From: an uncultured Verrucomicrobiae bacterium
Lineage (GTDB): Bacteria; Verrucomicrobiota; Verrucomicrobiia; Chthoniobacterales; Chthoniobacteraceae
Reading direction: 5' to 3'
DNA length: 64,000 bases
Assembly: GCA_963769025.1 (NCBI GenBank)
Contig: CAVYKI010000006.1
Location: 608,001-672,000 of the forward strand
A program made the position numbers and the translations under genes. Below, one piece after another: positions 22,771 to 33,384 of this stretch. Position 1 is the first letter of the stretch, and each line of letters starts with the position of its first letter. The notes under the pieces are model-generated. The model was not told the origin of the DNA, ran no database searches, and saw only the letters and a list, made by a program, of their open reading frames with translations.

Positions 22771-23706
22771 ATGCGCACTATCGGAGCCGTGAATCCCGTG
22801 TTCCTCCTCCTTCGTTCCCGTGCTGCTGCGGTTCTCGCCGTTTCGTTTTTTCTCACCCGCGGCGTGTATGCCGATGATGCCGCCGTCGCGAAGCAGCTCG
22901 AAGCGATCGGCGGCAAGGTCACGCAGAGGGATGGCGTCGTGTCTCAGGTGGAATTCCGGGATTGCACCAAAATCGGCGACGCGGAATTGCGCGCAATCGG
23001 GCAGCTCTCGCACCTGAAAAGCTTGACGCTGTACGGCAAGCTTCACGGCTTGAACGACTCAACTGTCGGGCATCTCAAGGGACTTCAGGAGCTCGAATCG
23101 CTCTCCACCGACGGCGCGCAACTGAGCGATGCCGGCCTCGCGCAGCTCGCTGCGCTGTCCAGCCTGCGCTCCGCGGCATTCTTTCACCTGTCGTTCCGCA
23201 TGGAGGGTTTCACCGGCAAGGGTTTCGCCGCATGGAAGGTGCTGCCGAAACTGGAGCGGCTCACCGTCGCGGGCATGACCATGGGCGATGAAGGGTTCGC
23301 CGCCATCGCGACTCTCACCGGCTTGCGCGATCTCTCGACGTGGCACACCTATCAGACCGAGGCCGGCAACGCCGAGATCGCAAAGCTGCCGAGCCTCACG
23401 AGCCTGAAGCTCGGCCAGCGCCTCCCGCACGCCGGGGCGAAGGCGCCGAGCCTTAGCGACGCGTCGCTGCCGACGCTCGCAATAATCAAAACCCTCGAGT
23501 CGCTGAAGATCGGCGAGGCGCAGTTCACCCTTGAAGCTTTGCGGGCTCTGAAAGCGCTGCCGAAGCTGAAGCAGCTCGCCATCTACGAATCCAACATCGC
23601 TGCCACCGACGTGGAGAAGCTTCGCGCGGAGATGCCGGGCGTGAAGATTGACTTCCAGCCGCTCACGGATGAACAGCGCAAGAAGCTGGAGTCGTATCTG
23701 AAGTGA
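22771..23706 (+). CDS. leucine-rich repeat protein (PVC type); start uncertain
   Basis: Repeated LxxLxxLxL and 'SDAGL' units. Confidence 0.75.
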   Translation: MRTIGAVNPVFLLLRSRAAAVLAVSFFLTRGVYADDAAVAKQLEAIGGKVTQRDGVVSQVEFRDCTKIGDAELRAIGQLSHLKSLTLYGKLHGLNDSTVGHLKGLQELESLSTDGAQLSDAGLAQLAALSSLRSAAFFHLSFRMEGFTGKGFAAWKVLPKLERLTVAGMTMGDEGFAAIATLTGLRDLSTWHTYQTEAGNAEIAKLPSLTSLKLGQRLPHAGAKAPSLSDASLPTLAIIKTLESLKIGEAQFTLEALRALKALPKLKQLAIYESNIAATDVEKLRAEMPGVKIDFQPLTDEQRKKLESYLK

Positions 23707-23764
23707 TCGTCTCCGGCGACATGCGGAGCGAAAAACCGGCAGCTTTCTGAAACCACCGCAACGG

Positions 23765-25549
23765 TCAGCCCTGGGTGGTGGGCATGTAGCGGTAGAAGAC
23801 CTCGAGCATGAGGATGCAGAGCGAGGTGCGGTAAACGGCGCCGGTCATACTTTCTGATCGCTCCGGGCCGATGCCGCGGCCACCGGTGGCCGGCCAGCTT
23901 CCGTCGCGGTTTTGCGCGTCGCAGATCTCGTCCTGGAACCAGCCGTTCCATTTGGTCCACGCTTCACCGCCAAACATCAGGCAGGCCTGCGTGTGATAAT
24001 ACCAGGCGTAGAGGTCCGCGCTGTCCCCATGGTATTTCACCGGCATTCGCGTCTCGGTTTGATCGAGCAGCCATTCCATGCCTTTGCGGAGCGCGGCGCG
24101 GTCGGCGCGCCAGAAGAGCTGACAGAGGATTCCGACGCCGGTGAGGCTGTACTTGTCCCCGGCCTCGCGGTATCCGTATCCGCCTCTCGGGCCGCGCACG
24201 CGCTCAATGTAGGCGATGGCCTTGTCGAGCGCGACATCGACTCCGGCGATTTTGATCTGGCTGAGGTGCGCGGCCTTGAGCGCCTGGATCTGCCAGCCGC
24301 TCACCGAGAGGTCGTCCTCGCTTTGGTCGTAGGAATACATCCACCCGCCGCCGGGGCCCTGGCCTTGGACGATGTAGCCGATGGCCTGCTTGAAAAGTGC
24401 GGCGACGCGTTCGTCCTTGGTCATCGTGTAGTACTCACCGAGCGCGTAGGCGCAGATGGCGTGCTCATAGACGCCGGACTGATTGAAGGAACTGGCCATG
24501 TGCAGCCGGCCTTCGTGCTTGGTGCCGTTGTCGAGGATCCACTGGACGGCACTTTTCACCGTCGAGCCGAATCCCGGCGACGTCGGCGTTTCGCCATGCC
24601 CGAGGAAGCAGAGCAGGCCGAGGCCGGTCATCGCTCCCTTGTTGCTGTCGCCCCACGAACCGTCCGCGTTCTGGTTCTGCATCAGCCAGACGAGGCCGTT
24701 CAGGACCGCCTGCTCGGACTTGGGCTTCATACCGTTCAGCGCCATCGCCTTTGCCATGCCGACGCCGGTGCGGCCACCCATGGCGCCGGGGAGGCTGCCG
24801 GCAAATCCCCGCGCCGCCGCGACCCTCACCTTCACTTGCGGGATGGCGACCTTGAAATTGCTGGCCGGGGTCGCGGTGGTGATCACGTTCACCGTCGGCG
24901 CGTCGAGGTTCGGCGTCGGTTGCACGACCTTCTCCGTGGGCACCGAGTCAGCGGGCGTCTCCGGCGGTGCCAAAAGGTCGTCCGTCGACGCAATCAGCCC
25001 GTTTCCACCCTCGGCGACGAAATCCGGCGGCTCCACGGCCACTTTGTAAAAGACGAACGTCCCCGCGAGAATCACGATGATCGTATGGATGACCAGCGAG
25101 AGCATGAAGTAGCGCGACTCGGCGAGAGTCTGCTGCAGCCGTTGCGCAAAGGTCAGCGACTCGACCGGTTCGATCGGTTCGATCGGCTTGACCGATTCGG
25201 CGCGTTGCTCGGCCTTCGCGGTGACCGGGATGGGGGGCGGCATGTCCGCGGCGGACTGCTTTTCGCGGCGGTAATAGCAGACGATCGGGCCAAAGCGAAT
25301 CTCGTCTCCCTCCGAGAGCGGCGCTTCGCTGATCCGTTTCCGGTTCAGTTTGGTCCCGTTGGATGACGTCAGATCCCGGAGCAGCGTCTTGCCGTCCTTG
25401 GTGGTGACTTCGGCGTGAAAAATCGAAACGAACTCGTGATCCAAGACGACGGTGTTCTTCGGATGGCGCCCGATGGAAATCAGATCACCAGCGACCGGAA
25501 AGGTCCGGGATTTGCCGGTGTCAGATTCGAAAACTAGCTGGTGGGCCAT
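23765..25549 (-). CDS. FHA domain + TM + prenyltransferase/squalene-oxidase-repeat protein
   Basis: [17 protein letters not shown] (FHA); [30 protein letters not shown] repeats. Confidence 0.85.
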   Translation of the reverse strand: MAHQLVFESDTGKSRTFPVAGDLISIGRHPKNTVVLDHEFVSIFHAEVTTKDGKTLLRDLTSSNGTKLNRKRISEAPLSEGDEIRFGPIVCYYRREKQSAADMPPPIPVTAKAEQRAESVKPIEPIEPVESLTFAQRLQQTLAESRYFMLSLVIHTIIVILAGTFVFYKVAVEPPDFVAEGGNGLIASTDDLLAPPETPADSVPTEKVVQPTPNLDAPTVNVITTATPASNFKVAIPQVKVRVAAARGFAGSLPGAMGGRTGVGMAKAMALNGMKPKSEQAVLNGLVWLMQNQNADGSWGDSNKGAMTGLGLLCFLGHGETPTSPGFGSTVKSAVQWILDNGTKHEGRLHMASSFNQSGVYEHAICAYALGEYYTMTKDERVAALFKQAIGYIVQGQGPGGGWMYSYDQSEDDLSVSGWQIQALKAAHLSQIKIAGVDVALDKAIAYIERVRGPRGGYGYREAGDKYSLTGVGILCQLFWRADRAALRKGMEWLLDQTETRMPVKYHGDSADLYAWYYHTQACLMFGGEAWTKWNGWFQDEICDAQNRDGSWPATGGRGIGPERSESMTGAVYRTSLCILMLEVFYRYMPTTQG

Positions 25550-25779
25550 ACGAGGGGCGTATGAGAGTCATGAATTCAGCCGTCGAGGAAGCGAACGCAA
25601 CCGAAATATCCCGCACGAGTCGCGGGAACGGCGGACGCGTCATGGGATGGTTGCGAAGGGCTGGCCGTTCGCCCGCGCAACCGTGCAGGAGATCAGCATC
25701 AAGTTCGCCGCGCGGCTTTGCGACAAGCCGCGGGCGCCACGCGATGCCATCCATGTCGGCCGACTTCGGAGGCAACTCG

Positions 25780-26393
25780 CTCATCGGCGCCATGACGCCG
25801 CGGCGCTGTCGCAGGTGCCGATGTTGCCGGATGAATTTGCGGCGCAGAAGGATCTCTTCCCGGAGGGGCGCCTCGACCAGGACATGCAGCAGGTCGATCT
25901 GCGCGAGCGCAACTCATGGCGGCTCATGCTCGCCGAGGTGCCGGCCGTGGAACTGCTGGAGGTCCAGCTCGTGAATGCCATCGCGCCTTTCATCCTGAAC
26001 GCCCGGCTGAAGCCGCTCATGCTGCGGTGCCCGGAGCGCGACAAGCACATCGTGAATGTCTCCGCCGTCGAGGGGCAGTTCTACCGCAGTTTCAAGACGA
26101 CGCGGCATCCGCACACGAACATGGCCAAGGCCGCGCTCAACATGATGACGCGCACTTCGGCCACGGATTACTTCGCCGATGGCATCCACATGAACAGCGT
26201 GGACACCGGCTGGGTGACGGACGAAGACCCCGCGCACATCGCTGCGCGCAAGGTCGAGGAACACCGCTTCCATCCGCCGCTCGACATCGTGGACGGCGCG
26301 GCGCGGATCGTGGACCCGATCATCGCCGGCTTTAACACTGGCGAGCACGTGTGGGGAAAATTCCTGAAGGACTACAAGCCCGCACACTGGTAG
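25780..26393 (+). pseudogene. C-terminal fragment of an SDR oxidoreductase
   Basis: [26 protein letters not shown] present; no N-terminal GxxxGxG Rossmann motif; upstream sequence abuts the divergent FHA gene. Confidence 0.65.
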
Positions 26394-26555
26394 CAGGGCG
26401 GGGATACCAGATTTGCGGGCAGCGTAATCTGAGATACACGACGTTGTACCGCCAAACGCACTCCTTCCTCGCAACCGTGAACCATATCCGACACGAACTG
26501 TTCCTCACATGGCGCCCGACCAATGAAGCGGGCGACTTCGATTCAGTTTTTGACA

Positions 26556-26987
26556 ATGAGCATGTTCGCTTGGAATTGGGAAAATAGCGCGTTGCAGCTT
26601 GGAAAGCTGCTCGCGGCTTTCGTCGTGACGCTGCCTGTGGCTTGGAATCGCGAGCGCGCAGATCGCGTAATGGGGTTGCGGACGTTTCCGCTCGTTGCGA
26701 TGGCGAGCTGCGGGTTTATGCTTCTTGCGGAAAGTGCGTTTGCCTCCCATCCGGACGCTCAGGCGCGGGCTCTCCAAGGAATCATAACCGGGATCGGATT
26801 CATCGGAGCGGGCGCGATTTTGAAGCAGGACGGGAGCGTGAAAGGGAGCGCTACGGCGGCGAGCATTTGGAACGTTGGAGCGATCGGAGCGGCGGTTGCG
26901 CTCGGGCGCTATGAGATCGCAGTCCTGCTTGGCTTGGCCGATTTTCTCATCCTTCGTTACCTGTCGAAGTTGAAGCATGAAAAATAG
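26556..26987 (+). CDS. MgtC/SapB-family membrane protein
   Basis: GLRTFPLV, GIGFIGAGAI, TAASIW. Confidence 0.9.
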   Translation: MSMFAWNWENSALQLGKLLAAFVVTLPVAWNRERADRVMGLRTFPLVAMASCGFMLLAESAFASHPDAQARALQGIITGIGFIGAGAILKQDGSVKGSATAASIWNVGAIGAAVALGRYEIAVLLGLADFLILRYLSKLKHEK

Positions 26988-27051
26988 ACGTTCGCTGCTT
27001 CGCATCCTGAAGGGTGAGGGAAGACCTGGATGCGGGTCGAGGAAACCGATC

Positions 27052-28512
27052 ATGCGAGAGCTTTTGCGGGTTGTTTTTGTGTGCGGCTTGTTGGCCTCCG
27101 CGGGTTCGGCTCAGGTGCCCGGAGCCAAGCCCGGCGAGCCGCCATCACCCACTTCCGCGAAGGAAGAACTTTCGCTGGCTCCGGCGAAGGTGGTCGTCAA
27201 CCCCGTGGCGCGGGACGAAGAAATTCGCAAACGTCTCCAGAGTGTCATGGATGCAACCGAGTGGTTCACCGTGCCGGAAGTCCGGGTCCAGGAGGGCGTC
27301 GTTTTTCTCAAGGGGAGGGCGGCAACCGCGGAGCTTAAAAAGTGGGCCGGCGATCTGGCTCGCAACACGCAGGACGTCGTCGCGGTCGCCAATCGGATGG
27401 AAGTGGCGGAGCCATCGACTTGGGATATGAGTCCAGCGTGGAATGGCCTTCTCGCACTCTGGCGTGATTTCCTCCGCTCGCTTCCATTGCTTGCTTTCGG
27501 CATCCTTATCCTCGCCTTGTCTGTGGGGGCGGCTATCTTTGCCACACGGAAATCGCGTTCACTTTTAGTGGAGCGCATTCAGGCCAAACTCCTCCGGAAT
27601 GTCGTCGCAGGAATCATTGGCGCGTTCGTGTTTCTTTTCGGGACCTACATCGTTCTCAGGGTCTCCGGTCTGACCCAGCTGGCATTGACCATCATAGGTG
27701 GAACGGGCCTCGTTGGGTTGGCCGTGGGTATCGCCTTCCGGGACATTACTGAGAACTTTCTGGCCAGCATTTTTCTGAGCATCCAGCGGCCTTTTGAAAT
27801 GGGCGACCTCGTTGAGGTCTCGGGGGTGACCGGTTACGTGCAGCAATTGAATGTGCGCACGACGATCTTGATGACCCTTGATGGCAACTTGGTGCAGATC
27901 CCAAACGCCAGCGTTTACAAGAGCAACCTTCGCAACTTCACCACCAACGCCAATCGTCGGGAGGTCTTCGACGTCGGGATCGGTTACGATGACTCGATTG
28001 GTGAGGCGCAGGAGATTGCGCTCAAAGTGCTCACGGACCATCCGGCTGTATTGAATGACCCCGAGCCGTCGGTGCTGGCCGAAAGCCTGGGGAAAGCGAC
28101 CGTCAACCTCCGGGTTTATTTTTGGGTCAACGGCCGCGAGCACAGTTGGATGAAAGTACGATCTTCGCTCATCCGCCTCGTGAAACGGGCGTTTCAAAAG
28201 CATGGCATCTCGATGCCCGACGAAGCCCGCGAGGTTGTCTTTCCCCGTGGAATTCCGGTCACGATGCTGAACGCGAAACCAGAGGAGGAGGCTGATGGCG
28301 CGACGGAAAAAAGCCCCAAGACCGGGCCAACGGCTGAAGAACCTGAGGCGACTTCCACGAAAGCGGAAGCCGGCTTGTATAGCGAAGAGGGCGTCATCAA
28401 GGAACAGGCTCGCCAAGCTCAACCACTGCCTGCAGCGGACAATCTTTTGGCCGGTGCACCGGACGCGCCTCCTCGTCGGGAACCGGATCCTCGAGGTTCG
28501 CGAGCTTCGTAG
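27052..28512 (+). CDS. BON domain + MscS mechanosensitive channel
   Basis: VRVQEGVVFLKG..VVAVANRM (BON); GLAVGIAFRD, RPFEMGD, IPNASV. Confidence 0.9.
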   Translation: MRELLRVVFVCGLLASAGSAQVPGAKPGEPPSPTSAKEELSLAPAKVVVNPVARDEEIRKRLQSVMDATEWFTVPEVRVQEGVVFLKGRAATAELKKWAGDLARNTQDVVAVANRMEVAEPSTWDMSPAWNGLLALWRDFLRSLPLLAFGILILALSVGAAIFATRKSRSLLVERIQAKLLRNVVAGIIGAFVFLFGTYIVLRVSGLTQLALTIIGGTGLVGLAVGIAFRDITENFLASIFLSIQRPFEMGDLVEVSGVTGYVQQLNVRTTILMTLDGNLVQIPNASVYKSNLRNFTTNANRREVFDVGIGYDDSIGEAQEIALKVLTDHPAVLNDPEPSVLAESLGKATVNLRVYFWVNGREHSWMKVRSSLIRLVKRAFQKHGISMPDEAREVVFPRGIPVTMLNAKPEEEADGATEKSPKTGPTAEEPEATSTKAEAGLYSEEGVIKEQARQAQPLPAADNLLAGAPDAPPRREPDPRGSRAS

Positions 28513-28746
28513 CAGTGGTCGTGGGGCGGATTTTCTGGCTGTCATCGACCAGCCGAGCAAACGAAAAGGTGTCCCGCCGCTCCGACTGGCCATTCCGAAG
28601 GGATGAGCCCTGACGCCTGTCGCGAGCAATCTCGAAACGGAGCAGTGGTGGGACGAAAACAGGGTGTAGTGGCGCCGCGACAGTGATGTCGGATTTCACG
28701 ACGATTTTCCAGCTGCCTGCCTCGGTCCTACAGGGTAGCGGGCGCT

Positions 28747-28762
28747 TGGCACGGGGAACGCA
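28747..28762 (+). promoter_or_regulatory. putative sigma-54 -24/-12 promoter
   Basis: TGGCACGGGGAACGCA (GG-N10-GC), about 35 bp upstream of the ECF sigma ATG; lacks the usual TT before GC. Confidence 0.45.
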
Positions 28763-28796
28763 AAGGACGGAAGGCGAACCCAAAACCCAACCATTT

Positions 28797-29510
28797 ATGC
28801 TCCATTCATTCGAACAAGCTTGCGGTAAAAGTCTCGTCACCCTCGTCATCGGACCGACCGACGAGCAGCTCATGGAACGTATCCAGCAAGGAGACGAAAC
28901 GGCCTTGGCGGCCCTTCATCGTCGGCATCGCGCGCTCATTCGCACGATTATCGGCCGCATGATCTACAACGACCACGATGTTGACGAACTCGTTCAGGAT
29001 TGTTTCCTCGATCTTTGGCGCCATGCGTCCAATTTCGACGGCACGAAAGGCCAGGTGCTGGGTTGGATCGTGACGCTTGCCCGCCGTCGGACGATCGATC
29101 GCATCCGTCGCAAGTCGGCCTACTCTAGGGCGCAGGATCGTTTCCGCGAGGAATGCTCAATGACCTGTGAAAGCGAACATGGGGGGGCCGATGAAGAAGC
29201 CGCCGGCAGTGATCGGGCCGAGGCGGTATCCCGCCTGATCGGCCGGCTTCCGGAAGCGCAGCAGGAGGCGGTGCGCCTTGCGTTTTTCAATGGCATGACC
29301 CAGCGCCAGATCGCCGCCCATACCGGCATCCCGCTCGGCACGATCAAGACGCGGCTTGAACTCGCCCTCCGGAAACTCCGCTCGTCTGTCCTCGCCTTCG
29401 GGGAATTGCATGATCCGGTCCGGACCCCGGCGGTTCGTCCGCAATGTCACGCGCACCAGAACGCCGGAAGCGCGCCTGAGGCATTGGATGTGGAGCTGGC
29501 AGCGGCTTAA
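28797..29510 (+). CDS. ECF sigma-70 factor (SigK-like)
   Basis: DELVQDCFLDLW, LARRRTIDRIR, IPLGTIKTRL. Confidence 0.92.
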   Translation: MLHSFEQACGKSLVTLVIGPTDEQLMERIQQGDETALAALHRRHRALIRTIIGRMIYNDHDVDELVQDCFLDLWRHASNFDGTKGQVLGWIVTLARRRTIDRIRRKSAYSRAQDRFREECSMTCESEHGGADEEAAGSDRAEAVSRLIGRLPEAQQEAVRLAFFNGMTQRQIAAHTGIPLGTIKTRLELALRKLRSSVLAFGELHDPVRTPAVRPQCHAHQNAGSAPEALDVELAAA

Positions 29511-30898
29511 GCAGACAGTCCGAATTGTCGGAGCTTCGCGTAGACCGTCGCGCGATGAATGCCGAGAAGCCGGGCGGCGTGCGCCTTGTTGCCGTTTGCG
29601 CGGCGCAGCGCCTCGATCAAGGTTTCACGCGCTGCGTCGGCGAACGAGACCGGGGATGCCGCGCGGACCAGCGGCAAAGGCGCAAGGTCGGGCCGCTGGA
29701 TTTCCCGTGGGAAATGGCGAGGGCTCAATATCGGTTCATCGCAAAGCACGAGCGCGTGCTCGATGGCATTTTGAAGTTCCCGCACGTTGCCTGGCCAGGG
29801 ATATCCCCGCAGCATCTCGAGCACTTCGAGATCAAGCTTCGGCGGCACTTTGCCCAGTTGCTTTGCGAACCGACGCAGGAAAGTGTCCGTGAGCTTTGGC
29901 AGATCTTCCCAGCGTTCGCGCAGTGGCGGAATCTCGATTTCGAACGTCTTCAATCGGAAATACAAATCCTGGCGGAGCCTGCCTTCCTGCACGGCTTTCG
30001 CGGGAGGGCGATTGCATGCAGCGATGAGCCGGAAATCGACGGGTCGGCTCTTCGTGGTTCCGAGCGGCCGATACTCGCGATCCTGAAGCACGCGCAGGAA
30101 CCGGGTCTGCAGTTCGATCGGCATCTCCGTGATCTCATCGAGAAAAAGCGTTCCGCCATTTGCTTCCGCGACCATGCCGGGAAATGCCGACACCGCTCCG
30201 GTGAAGGCTCCCTTGGCGTAGCCGAAAAGTTCTCCCTCGATCATATTCGCGGGAAAGGCTCCGCAGTTCAGCTTCACCATCATGGCGCGCACCCGCGCGC
30301 TGCCCGCGTGCAGCCGGGCGGCGACGACTTCCTTGCCGACTCCGCTCTCACCCGTGAGCAACACATTCGAATCGCTGGGAGCGATGCGGGCGACGAGCTG
30401 CTCGACTTCGCGCATCCTTCGGCTCAGCGCCACCGGCGCGAGCTGTTCTTCTGCCGCGCGCAGCTTTATCTGCAATTGCGCCTTTTCCTTTTCGAGCGCA
30501 GCCGTTCTTTCCACGAGGGCTCGTTGCTCCAGGGCACGGCCGCACAGGCTGACGAGTTCTTCCACCGCATACGGTTTTGCCAGAAAATGGAATGCTCCGA
30601 GCTTGATGGATTCCACTGCGTTCGCGAGCGAATCATGCGCAGTGAGGATCATCACCGGGACTTCCGGTTGCTCGGCTTTGAGGTCCTTCAACACAGCGAG
30701 CCCGTCCGCATCGGGCAGACCCAGGTCGAGCAGAACGAGGTCCGGCTTCAATTCCGCCACCTTCCGCCGGCCCTGCGCGGCGGTCGGGGCAATCTCCACG
30801 GCAAACCCATTGCGTCGCAGCACCGCCGTCAGCGTTGCCTGCGCATTGCGCTCATCATCGATGACGACAATCGTTGGAATTCGTTCATTCATGCGCAT
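29507..30898 (-). CDS. sigma-54-dependent response regulator (NtrC family)
   Basis: Receiver LLDLGLPD; GESGVGKE, GAFTGA, WPGNVREL; Fis-type HTH. Confidence 0.95.
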   Translation of the reverse strand: MRMNERIPTIVVIDDERNAQATLTAVLRRNGFAVEIAPTAAQGRRKVAELKPDLVLLDLGLPDADGLAVLKDLKAEQPEVPVMILTAHDSLANAVESIKLGAFHFLAKPYAVEELVSLCGRALEQRALVERTAALEKEKAQLQIKLRAAEEQLAPVALSRRMREVEQLVARIAPSDSNVLLTGESGVGKEVVAARLHAGSARVRAMMVKLNCGAFPANMIEGELFGYAKGAFTGAVSAFPGMVAEANGGTLFLDEITEMPIELQTRFLRVLQDREYRPLGTTKSRPVDFRLIAACNRPPAKAVQEGRLRQDLYFRLKTFEIEIPPLRERWEDLPKLTDTFLRRFAKQLGKVPPKLDLEVLEMLRGYPWPGNVRELQNAIEHALVLCDEPILSPRHFPREIQRPDLAPLPLVRAASPVSFADAARETLIEALRRANGNKAHAARLLGIHRATVYAKLRQFGLSA

Positions 30899-31075
30899 TG
30901 CGGGACTCGTCCGAAAGCTGTGGACGCCAATAGCGCGAACCGTGGCGCGAAGGGGAAGAAGGCGAGTGCTGTAACCTGCATGACCTACGGGAAGGAACCG
31001 AATGAAAGGTGATAAAAAGAAAGCGGCGCAGACTCGTGCGAGACCGCGCCGCTGCTCCGAAACGAATGGACGAGA

Positions 31076-31261
31076 CTACAGCGCCTCAATTTCGTCGCGG
31101 ATCTGGTCCTTCGTACGGCCGAGCTTCTTTTGCAGGCGTCCCAGCAACTCGTCGTCCTTACCTTCGGCGAACGTGAGATCGTCGTCGGTGAGGTTAGCGT
31201 ATTTCTGCTTCAGCTTGCCTTTGAGCTCGTTCCAAGAGCCTTTGAGTTGGAGTTTATTCAT
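31076..31261 (-). CDS. CsbD-family general stress protein
   Basis: [23 protein letters not shown]. Confidence 0.92.
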   Translation of the reverse strand: MNKLQLKGSWNELKGKLKQKYANLTDDDLTFAEGKDDELLGRLQKKLGRTKDQIRDEIEAL

Positions 31262-31669
31262 AGCAAACGTGGATCGCCACTCGCGCGCGGGATGGATGGG
31301 TGAAACTTTGCCGATGCTCCCGTCACGAACGTCGGGGGCTTTTCTTCTCTCCCAACTGCTTGCTTTCCTTCGTCAGTTTTTCCCGCTCGCGTCCGCTGGC
31401 GTGCTCGGCCTCGGCTTGCAGGTCGAGTGCTCGCTTTTGCCGCTCGGCGAGATGTCGGGTCTCACGAGGTTTGGACGCTCCAGTTCGTGTCGTCTCTTTT
31501 TCATCAGGCATAGCGCTCCGGGATCGAAATCAGCGCTCTGTTGGCCGTATGCAAATGGAGGATTTGCGGGTCCCCTGTCCGGTTTTGCCGCGATCGTGCA
31601 TGCCGTTTTGGATCGTGAAATACGTCCAGGGCACGAGTCCCGGGCGATGGTACCAGAAAAGCCGCTCTT

Positions 31670-31924
31670 ATGACACCCAGAGGAGACAAACGCAGCTACA
31701 CCGCCAAACAGAAGCGTCAAGCCGAGCACATCGAGGAAGGCTACGAAGATCGGGGTGTGCCAAAAAAAGAAGCTGCCGCCCGCGCGTGGGCCACCGTGAA
31801 CAAAATGGACGGTGGAGGAAAGAAGAGCGGCTCGGGCCGGGGTAAGAAAACCAACAAAGCACGGGCCAAAAAAGGCGGTCGCAAGGGTGGGCGCTCGGGA
31901 AGCAAGCGGAAGACCAAAGCTTGA
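31670..31924 (+). CDS. small basic conserved protein (stress-regulon type)
   Basis: GDKRSYTAKQKRQAEHIEEGYE..AWATVNK..GGGKKSGSG. Confidence 0.8.
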   Translation: MTPRGDKRSYTAKQKRQAEHIEEGYEDRGVPKKEAAARAWATVNKMDGGGKKSGSGRGKKTNKARAKKGGRKGGRSGSKRKTKA

Positions 31925-33380
31925 ACCCGCGATCACTCAGGCAGAGCGCTCCGACTTCGGGGCTGCAAGATCGGCAACTGCCAGCGCTTATGAGTGGCCG
32001 CAGTTTGGGCGGAGGTTGGATGAGGAAAGTTTCATCGGACGAATACATCCAAAATCGGGACATTCTGCGTTCGGAGGTTGCTATGAAAAAGTCAACGCAA
32101 TCCACCAATCCCGAACCCTCTCACGACGAAATTTCCGCACGCGCGCAGCAGATTTACGAAGAACAGGGCTGCCCATGCGGGAAAGCTGAGGAGCACTGGC
32201 GCGAAGCCGAGTGCCAATTGCGGGAGGCGAAGGCCAGTGACGCAGAGATGGGTGTTGTAGGTGCCCCGGCGCCGACAAAACCCGTGGCGGGCGCTTAACA
32301 GACCGGCCAGTTCGAAAACTTCTGCCAGCAACTCTCCGAGCAGAAGCCCGGAGTCTGCTTCTGGTCCCGCCAAAGCTGCTCAGCCAACACAGGCCGCGGC
32401 GCGGTGCGCCTCGGAATCTGTTGAAATGAGCCAACGCCAATTCTTCCGCCTATTTGGCCGCGAGCTGCGAATTCGTTGTGGATGAAATCACTTCCATCGA
32501 TATTTCGGGACGCCTTCGCCTCGTGGATGGCGCACAAGGGTCCCAAAATGGGCGCGGCTCTGGCGTATTACACGGCGTTCTCGCTGGCACCTCTGCTCGT
32601 GCTTCTTGCGGGCATTTTAGGATTGGTGATTGATAATGATACGGCACGGACAGCGCTTGTGGGTCAGATTCACGACCTCATGGGCGACGAGGGCGGTGCA
32701 ATGGTCGAAGCGATCCTCCAACGCTCAGCACCGCACGAAAAGGGCGTATTGGCGACAATCATTGGCTCAGTGGTCTTGCTGTTAGGGGCGTCCGGCGTAT
32801 TTGTTGAACTGCACGACTCGCTGAACACCATCTGGGAAACCCCGCCGCGCTCCCGGCCATGGGTTGCATTCATCTGCGAGCGGCTGCTGTCGTTCGCGAT
32901 GGTGTTCGCCCTTGGCTTCCTCGTGCTGGTGTCGCTCGTCGCGTCGGCGATCCTCGCAGCGGTAGGTTCCTACGTGAAAGGCTGGGCACCTGGATTCGAG
33001 GTGCTCTTGGAAGCCGCCAACTCGCTGGTGTCGTTCGTGGTGGTCACGATGCTGTTCGGGGGACTGTTTCGGTTCCTGCCGGATGTGAAGGTCGCATGGC
33101 GCAATGTCTGGGCGGGAGCGGTCATCACGGCGGCGCTCTTCATTCTCGGAAAATTCCTCATTGGGTTCTACATCGGACGAAGCAGTTTCGCATCGGCGTA
33201 CGGTGCCGCAGGATCCCTTGTGATCGTCCTGGTGTGGGTTTTCTATTCAGCGCAGATTTTCTTTTTCGGCGCGGAATTCACCCGGGCATTCGCACGCACG
33301 AACGGAGGCGTTCGAACGGCTCGGCATTCTGACCGCACGACATCCCTCGCTGCGATGCCTGCAGCACCGGAGGGCAACTT
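31867..33380 (+). repeat. copy 1 of a ~1514-bp direct duplication
   Basis: Matches 42822-44335 at offset 10955; only two substitutions seen by eye. Confidence 0.95.
32083..32298 (+). CDS. DUF2934-like small protein
   Basis: ISARAQQIYEEQGCP.G...HWREAE. Confidence 0.8.
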   Translation: MKKSTQSTNPEPSHDEISARAQQIYEEQGCPCGKAEEHWREAECQLREAKASDAEMGVVGAPAPTKPVAGA

Positions 33381-33384
33381 ATGA
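32482..33384 (+). CDS. YihY/BrkB-family membrane protein
   Basis: GAALAYYTAFSLAP, LNTIW, YGAAGS, FFGAEF. Confidence 0.92.
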   Translation: MKSLPSIFRDAFASWMAHKGPKMGAALAYYTAFSLAPLLVLLAGILGLVIDNDTARTALVGQIHDLMGDEGGAMVEAILQRSAPHEKGVLATIIGSVVLLLGASGVFVELHDSLNTIWETPPRSRPWVAFICERLLSFAMVFALGFLVLVSLVASAILAAVGSYVKGWAPGFEVLLEAANSLVSFVVVTMLFGGLFRFLPDVKVAWRNVWAGAVITAALFILGKFLIGFYIGRSSFASAYGAAGSLVIVLVWVFYSAQIFFFGAEFTRAFARTNGGVRTARHSDRTTSLAAMPAAPEGNL

